Positions 59,306-64,000 of a stretch of DNA of 64,000 bases are shown one piece after another. Both the position numbers and the translations under genes were made by a program. The stretch lies in assembly GCA_963667015.2 (NCBI GenBank), contig CAXXJJ010000001.1:768001-832000 (forward strand), in the 5' to 3' direction. Origin of the DNA: Desulfatiglandales bacterium (GTDB taxonomy: Bacteria > Desulfobacterota > DSM-4660 > Desulfatiglandales > HGW-15). How positions within the stretch are numbered: the first letter of the stretch is position 1; each line of letters starts with the position of its first letter. Below the pieces are notes generated by a model. It made no database searches. It saw nothing but the letters and a program-made list of their open reading frames with translations, and was not told the origin of the DNA.

Positions 59306-60295
59306 ATGGATAATATAGATAGAAGAAAATTTATCGGAATGTTCGCTAAGGGCGGAACAGCTCTAATATTACCATCCCTGTTTGCCTGTAATAATAATCC
59401 TGAAAATAACAGAGAGAATACTCCGGCAAACTCCAGGAAAAAATCTAAAAAAGAACTGGAGATAGAATTATTAAATGATTTTTTAGAGCCTTCGGAAGCT
59501 TATTTAAATAAAAAAGATATTACAGAAACTCTTTATGAGATTCAGCTTTCCTGTGAATTTGGCAGAGAAACCGTTTCAAGGGCTACATACCTCGGGGATA
59601 ATCTATTTATTACCTCTTATCATGTTGTTGACGAGGGTCCGGAAGATCTGGTCTTAATCCCTCAATGGAAAAGAAATTATGGATCAGACTTTCAACGAAA
59701 ATTCATAGTAGTTGAATATGATCCGGTTTCTGACCTGGCATTATTAAAAACAACTGAAGAGAATAATAAAGGAAAAGCAAAACTGCATCTTAACAGGATA
59801 ATCCCATCCTTGAATGACAGAGTATCATCTTTTTCATGGCTGACAGGAAAAACATCAAAAAAAACCTTTGAGGTAAAATGTGACGGCAGAGATTTATATG
59901 ATCAGACTAAAATAATCAGAAATCTTGGAAAACTTATACTGCCTGCAAATTCACATCTATTTGAAAGTGAAGGAAAGGTTCTGAAATATAATAAAGAATA
60001 TGCGGAGAAGAATTTTTCCCGAAGAAGATACACTGATCCGGAGAATAATATTATTACCTCAATCAAGGGTGATCATGGTTCAAGCGGACAGCCTGTTTTT
60101 TTAAAAAAGGATAAAGATAAATATCAGTTTATAGGTATTACCAGGGGAGGGTTCCCCCTGGACTATTGCACCCCTGTGTCTAATCACCCGTTAGGGGAGC
60201 GTGAAATAGTTCAAACCATTGCCTTTGTCGTACATAGAGGCCCTATTGAAAAGCTGGTCAGGGGGTATATTAAAAGAACGTCACGATATATATAA
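59306..60295 (+). CDS. Trypsin-like serine protease, predicted Tat lipoprotein
   Basis: DRRKFI...LFAC signal; triad motifs TSYHVV, DLALL, GSSGQP. Confidence 0.85.
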   Translation: MDNIDRRKFIGMFAKGGTALILPSLFACNNNPENNRENTPANSRKKSKKELEIELLNDFLEPSEAYLNKKDITETLYEIQLSCEFGRETVSRATYLGDNLFITSYHVVDEGPEDLVLIPQWKRNYGSDFQRKFIVVEYDPVSDLALLKTTEENNKGKAKLHLNRIIPSLNDRVSSFSWLTGKTSKKTFEVKCDGRDLYDQTKIIRNLGKLILPANSHLFESEGKVLKYNKEYAEKNFSRRRYTDPENNIITSIKGDHGSSGQPVFLKKDKDKYQFIGITRGGFPLDYCTPVSNHPLGEREIVQTIAFVVHRGPIEKLVRGYIKRTSRYI

Positions 60296-60397
60296 TCAGC
60301 TTACATTCGGAAAGAATAAAATCCGGATGTAGTTTTTGGCACTCAGCTATCAGCAATCAGCCCCCCCTCCCGATTAAATAACAGGCCGTTTGATGCC

Positions 60398-61000
60398 TTA
60401 TTTCCCCCCTTTTGGATAGGTCTCCAGTGACGCCTCCGGCATGCCGCCCTCACTGCGGATAATACGGTCCTTGAAGAGCCAGCGCCCATCCTCCTTTACC
60501 ATTTCATCCCGTTCGGTCCCGTACTCCGTCACCCTGGGCGATGATGTCAGCAGCTCCGAACCTATGGTCAGCCAGATCATATTTACAACGGCTTTATCAC
60601 CCTGCAGCTCAATATCCAGGTTCGTGTACAATGTCTCTCCCACCCCCTTTGGAACCGCGCCTTCGGCCCTGGGGGCTTTTTCATCGTCACCGATAAACCC
60701 GGCCTGGGAATACATACCCTTTATCCCGTCACGGCCGCTGACAATCCAGCCGTTGACGTCAAGCCTGGCATCATCGGTGTAGAAAGATTCAAAATCCTGC
60801 ACACCATCCCTCCGGAATTGACCATAGTAATCGTTGATAAGGTCATTGATAGCGGCACGGTCCGCCAGCGCGGTCAGTTCAGGCGATACCTGCACTTCAG
60901 CGGGCGTATTGGAGCAGCCTGCCATTAATCCCGTAACTGCAAGGACAGCAAACAGCCTCAGGCTAACTTTAATAATGCGGCGATGATTGATTCTGGTCAT
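60398..61000 (-). CDS. SnoaL/NTF2-like lipoprotein, paralogue of 40370-40960
   Basis: GGAGG RBS, lipobox MAGC, shared DYY.QFR and EGGMPEA...YPK motifs. Confidence 0.85.
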   Translation of the reverse strand: MTRINHRRIIKVSLRLFAVLAVTGLMAGCSNTPAEVQVSPELTALADRAAINDLINDYYGQFRRDGVQDFESFYTDDARLDVNGWIVSGRDGIKGMYSQAGFIGDDEKAPRAEGAVPKGVGETLYTNLDIELQGDKAVVNMIWLTIGSELLTSSPRVTEYGTERDEMVKEDGRWLFKDRIIRSEGGMPEASLETYPKGGK

Positions 61001-61022
61001 GGTTAATCCTCCCTGTTGGTTT

Positions 61023-61118
61023 ATTGCGAAGCGCAAGGTCTATACCTCGTCGCTTGCGACGATTAAACAGATTTATTCCTTATTTGATACCCCGCTGCTT
61101 GCGGCGGGTTAGTTCATT
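61023..61118. mobile_element. ~96-bp double-hairpin element (IS200/IS605-end-like), copy 2
   Basis: Near-identical direct copy of 48662-48758. Confidence 0.7.
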
Positions 61119-61143
61119 CTGAATTTAAAATTAGTTTTTATCC

Positions 61144-61248
61144 GTCATACCCGAGCATTGCGTTATTCATCCCCGCCAACATTCATACCCGAGTATCGCG
61201 GTATCCATCCCCACCACAGTCATACCACGACTTGATCGCGGTATCCAT
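61144..61248. repeat. Three degenerate ~37-bp tandem units (TCATACC...ATCGCGGTATCCAT)
   Basis: Units start near 61144, 61182 and 61219. Confidence 0.75.
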
Positions 61249-61268
61249 TCTGTTTTTTAATTTTGCTC

Positions 61269-61296
61269 GTAGAGACAGGTTTTAAACCTGTCTCCC
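61269..61296. repeat. GTAG-type REP-like palindrome
   Basis: GTAGAGACAGGTTT-T-AAACCTGTCTC. Confidence 0.75.
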
Positions 61297-61327
61297 TGTA
61301 TTTAGATTTTTAAAATAAAAAAATCAG

Positions 61328-61364
61328 TTTCGTGTATTTCGTGTATTTCGTGTGGTTCGTGGTT
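61328..61364. repeat. Nonamer array (TTTCGTGTA)n; last 18 bp are the exact reverse complement of 48498-48515
   Basis: TTCGTGTGGTTCGTGGTT versus AACCACGAACCACACGAA. Confidence 0.8.
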
Positions 61365-61502
61365 AAATAAAGGTTTTAAATATTGTATTCAGCTTTCCCT
61401 GATAGTCTTCAGCCTACAGCCCGCTTTAAATGTTCTAAAAAATCAGTCACTGACAAAAAGGAGAATAACAATCAGAATGTAAAAAAAACCAAAAGCATAT
61501 AT

Positions 61503-61628
61503 CTCTCGCCCGTTCGCTTTGCTCACTAGAGACGCAGAGTACACAGAGAAAAGCATTTTTATATTTCTAAAACACAAATCAGTTTTTGCTTTTGTTTTTC
61601 TCTGCGGCCTCTGTGCGCTCTGTGAGAG
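61503..61628. repeat. Nonamer-based inverted repeat (ACGCAGAGT ACACAGAGA / TCTCTGCGG CCTCTGTGC)
   Basis: Two complementary arms around an AT-rich spacer. Confidence 0.7.
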
Positions 61629-61853
61629 GCATGTTTTTGTCTTTTGTTTTTAGTGGTTAACAATATCCCCTATTATTTCAATGCCTTTTGCCTTGACGCC
61701 AATGCGCGCAGGCGGGGATCCATTTTTATTTTGTTCTTCAGACAGCAGGAATCAAAGGTAGACCTGATCGCTTTATGATGTGAGACTATCCTTCAGTTGC
61801 AAACTAATTTAGAGCGTTGTGACAAATGGATCGTCAATGATACAAATTTAATT

Positions 61854-62261
61854 TTATGGCATCGACATCCCAGCCGATGGTGCGACAGGAGGAAATAGAT
61901 CATTACTGTCAGTGCGGGTCGCATCGTTTGCGTCGCGTAAATACCCCTGCGCATTTTCCCTCTTTTTTTTATCCCATTCGGCCCACTGTTCTTTTGTACC
62001 GCAGATTCTCTTCGGGATACGTGATCCTGCTCTCTTTTCTTTGCGACACTCTATTTCCTGATCGTCACCGGTTTTATCATTTTCTGATTTGGCCTGTACT
62101 GATTCCTGGCCGGATTTATTCGCGATAGATGATGACTGATTTTTATATCCGCCGCCACATGCACATGTCAGAAAGGCAATCATAATAAAACAAATCAGAA
62201 ATGTTACAAACCTGCAGTTTTCCTTTAATTCCTTAAAAATTAAAATTTTCTTCATCTTCAT
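61854..62261 (-). CDS. Hypothetical lipoprotein
   Basis: Hydrophobic leader ending CAC; IECRKEKRAGSRIPKRICGT motif. Confidence 0.75.
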   Translation of the reverse strand: MKMKKILIFKELKENCRFVTFLICFIMIAFLTCACGGGYKNQSSSIANKSGQESVQAKSENDKTGDDQEIECRKEKRAGSRIPKRICGTKEQWAEWDKKKRENAQGYLRDANDATRTDSNDLFPPVAPSAGMSMP

Positions 62262-62441
62262 ATCCTCTTATTATTGATTTATAAGCATATAGGAGAACAC
62301 TAAAATAAAGCTGATTGAATAATCTGTACTATTATGAATATAACAAGTCAATCTCAAAACCCGTGGAAAAAACAGGGGATATCAATCTAAAAAGTGGTAA
62401 AGGGATCTCAGGATGTAATTCTCTTTATTCCAAAAAGCCTG

Positions 62442-62491
62442 CCCTGTTAAATACCGCAGGTAAGATTTGATCAAATCTTATTTAACATGGG
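62442..62491. repeat. Palindromic element family A, copy 4
   Basis: CCCTGTTAAAT [ACC-GCA-GGT][AAGATTTGATCAAATCTT] ATTTAACATGGG. Confidence 0.85.
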
Positions 62492-62617
62492 TTAGCCTGG
62501 CCCGACCCCCATTTAACAACTTATAATCTTATGGGCATCCCACCTTCTTTTTATAAAAGGTAGTTATTTATTTATGATCCTGTTTAAGACGATTTAAAGG
62601 AGATTTTGCACCCTTTA

Positions 62618-63583
62618 TTAATCAACTTTCATATAACCTATCTCTTCATCATTTTTACCGGATAATGACATAAACTTATCATCCAAAAATAATATTCTAT
62701 TCTTTTTTTTCTTTCCAGTAGGGAACAGATCTTCATTATCGCTTGACCTAACTGTCAGGGATAAATATCCGTCTTCAATTTTCCATTGGCTCCTGATAAC
62801 ACAATCTGTTTTTGTATTTGATATTTTAATATCACCATTGTGCCATGCTTCTCCATCGGATAGGAATGTATCTACACCATACAGGTTTTCCCCATCAGCG
62901 GGTAGGATTTTCCATGAGCCAACAATTGTTTTTTTAAAATATTCATCTTTCTTAACAGGATCATCTACCAGGTTTGACCAGTAGTCCCCGGGAAAATATT
63001 TTTTCATAATTTCAACAAGCCACTCCTGTTCCCTTTGCTCCTCTGATATTTCACCAAGTCGTCTTCGATCCTCAATTTCATAGTATTTTCTCATTTTTTC
63101 CGGATAATATTTTCTGATAATTTTTACGAAGTTTTCATGAGGGTAAAACATTCTGGAATCATTTCCACTGTCAAACCTTTCGTCAAGGACCCCGCCGCCA
63201 TGTTTTAAACGAAATTTAAGTTCCGTTCCATCGGTTAAAGTAAAATATAGATCCCCGTTCCCGGAGCAAAGGCAGAAATCATTGTCGTAACCGGTTTCTT
63301 TTTTGAGCTCATCCAGGATTGCTTTTTGATCTTTATTATCAATTATTACTTTTTTAAGAGGAACATCTCTTGTATTGTCCGGTCCGATTTCTACGGTTTT
63401 TTCCATCTGGATTACAATTCTGCTCGTTTTATATAAATTATAATATTCATATGGATTCATTACTCTGGTTTCATCATCAGCCTGACTGTTATTACCGACA
63501 TCCGATTCTTTGATTGTTACACTGCTGCTTACGCAGCCTGACAGCAAAAAGCATAGAATTAAAAAGAAGATCAGTTTTTTCAT
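62618..63583 (-). CDS. Hypothetical lipoprotein with C-terminal lipocalin-like domain
   Basis: AAGGAG RBS, lipobox LSGC; IVGSW..FLSDG..QWKIEDGYL. Confidence 0.8.
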   Translation of the reverse strand: MKKLIFFLILCFLLSGCVSSSVTIKESDVGNNSQADDETRVMNPYEYYNLYKTSRIVIQMEKTVEIGPDNTRDVPLKKVIIDNKDQKAILDELKKETGYDNDFCLCSGNGDLYFTLTDGTELKFRLKHGGGVLDERFDSGNDSRMFYPHENFVKIIRKYYPEKMRKYYEIEDRRRLGEISEEQREQEWLVEIMKKYFPGDYWSNLVDDPVKKDEYFKKTIVGSWKILPADGENLYGVDTFLSDGEAWHNGDIKISNTKTDCVIRSQWKIEDGYLSLTVRSSDNEDLFPTGKKKKNRILFLDDKFMSLSGKNDEEIGYMKVD

Positions 63584-63676
63584 AGTGATACTCTCCTTAT
63601 GCTCGATTTTCTTTTACATGAGTCGGCTAGTTAATTTACCGGCATACCGGTTTCTGAAGTCCGGCATAACCATCTG

Positions 63677-63715
63677 CCCTGTTAAATTTCCAGGATGGAA
63701 CACTATTTAACAGGG
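63677..63715. repeat. Palindromic element family A, copy 5
   Basis: CCCTGTTAAAT [TTCCA-GGA-TGGAA] CACT ATTTAACAGGG. Confidence 0.85.
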
Positions 63716-64000
63716 AGAAATCGGGTATTCATTTTATTGTTTTGCTTTCGTATTCTCGAATCAAAATATCAGTTAACTGCTTTAAGGCCCCTGCAGGTCG
63801 GAAACCGTTTACAGCCCCAAAATTGATTCCCTGCATTGAGACCTTTTTTTGTTATTCTTAAAACCATTGCTCCGCCGCATTTAGGACAACCGGGTGTCCC
63901 AGGACTTTCCTTTTCTCTGATAATGGCTTTAACATTCTGCACATGCATTCGGCTTGTTTTAAATAAAGGAGCAAGCCTTTCACTTTTTATCTTATCTACT

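Noticed and set aside
61144..61248. Mini CRISPR array
   Set aside because: Units are contiguous degenerate tandem copies without unique spacers; no cas genes.
40966..63715. Integron attC array suggested by GTTAAAT/ATTTAAC motifs and many single genes
   Set aside because: Core motifs are in the reverse order to attC, genes lie in mixed orientations, spacing is irregular and there is no intI in the window.

Overview
64-kb bacterial chromosomal window. Gene content (HDOD, HEAT-REC and CheD-HDOD proteins, PAS hybrid kinases, sigma54 activator, AOR, glnS, smc) points to an anaerobic Desulfobacterota-type organism (inference). Three zones: (1) 1-7150, an AT-rich signalling segment (PAS proteins, MCP, hybrid kinase, decayed receiver domain) ending at a stuttered GTGAAAAGCCC/GGGGTCAG repeat. 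(2) 7400-36500, core-like DNA with a four-gene prkA-DUF444(yeaH)-spoVR-prkA2 operon preceded by two rod-like RNA hairpins, HDOD/HEAT signalling genes, a class III cyclase, glnS, a sigma54-controlled module with an identifiable promoter and candidate enhancer, and smc with tandem NrdR-like boxes. (3) 36500-64000, a plastic accessory zone of single genes (many secreted or lipoproteins, three adjacent intramembrane proteases, AOR, a nuclease-like protein), several deletion remnants, and at least six families of short intergenic palindromic elements with no cognate transposase or integrase in the window. No rRNA, tRNA, CRISPR array or intact mobile element was recognised. All calls come from reading motifs by eye; no searches or folding programs were run.
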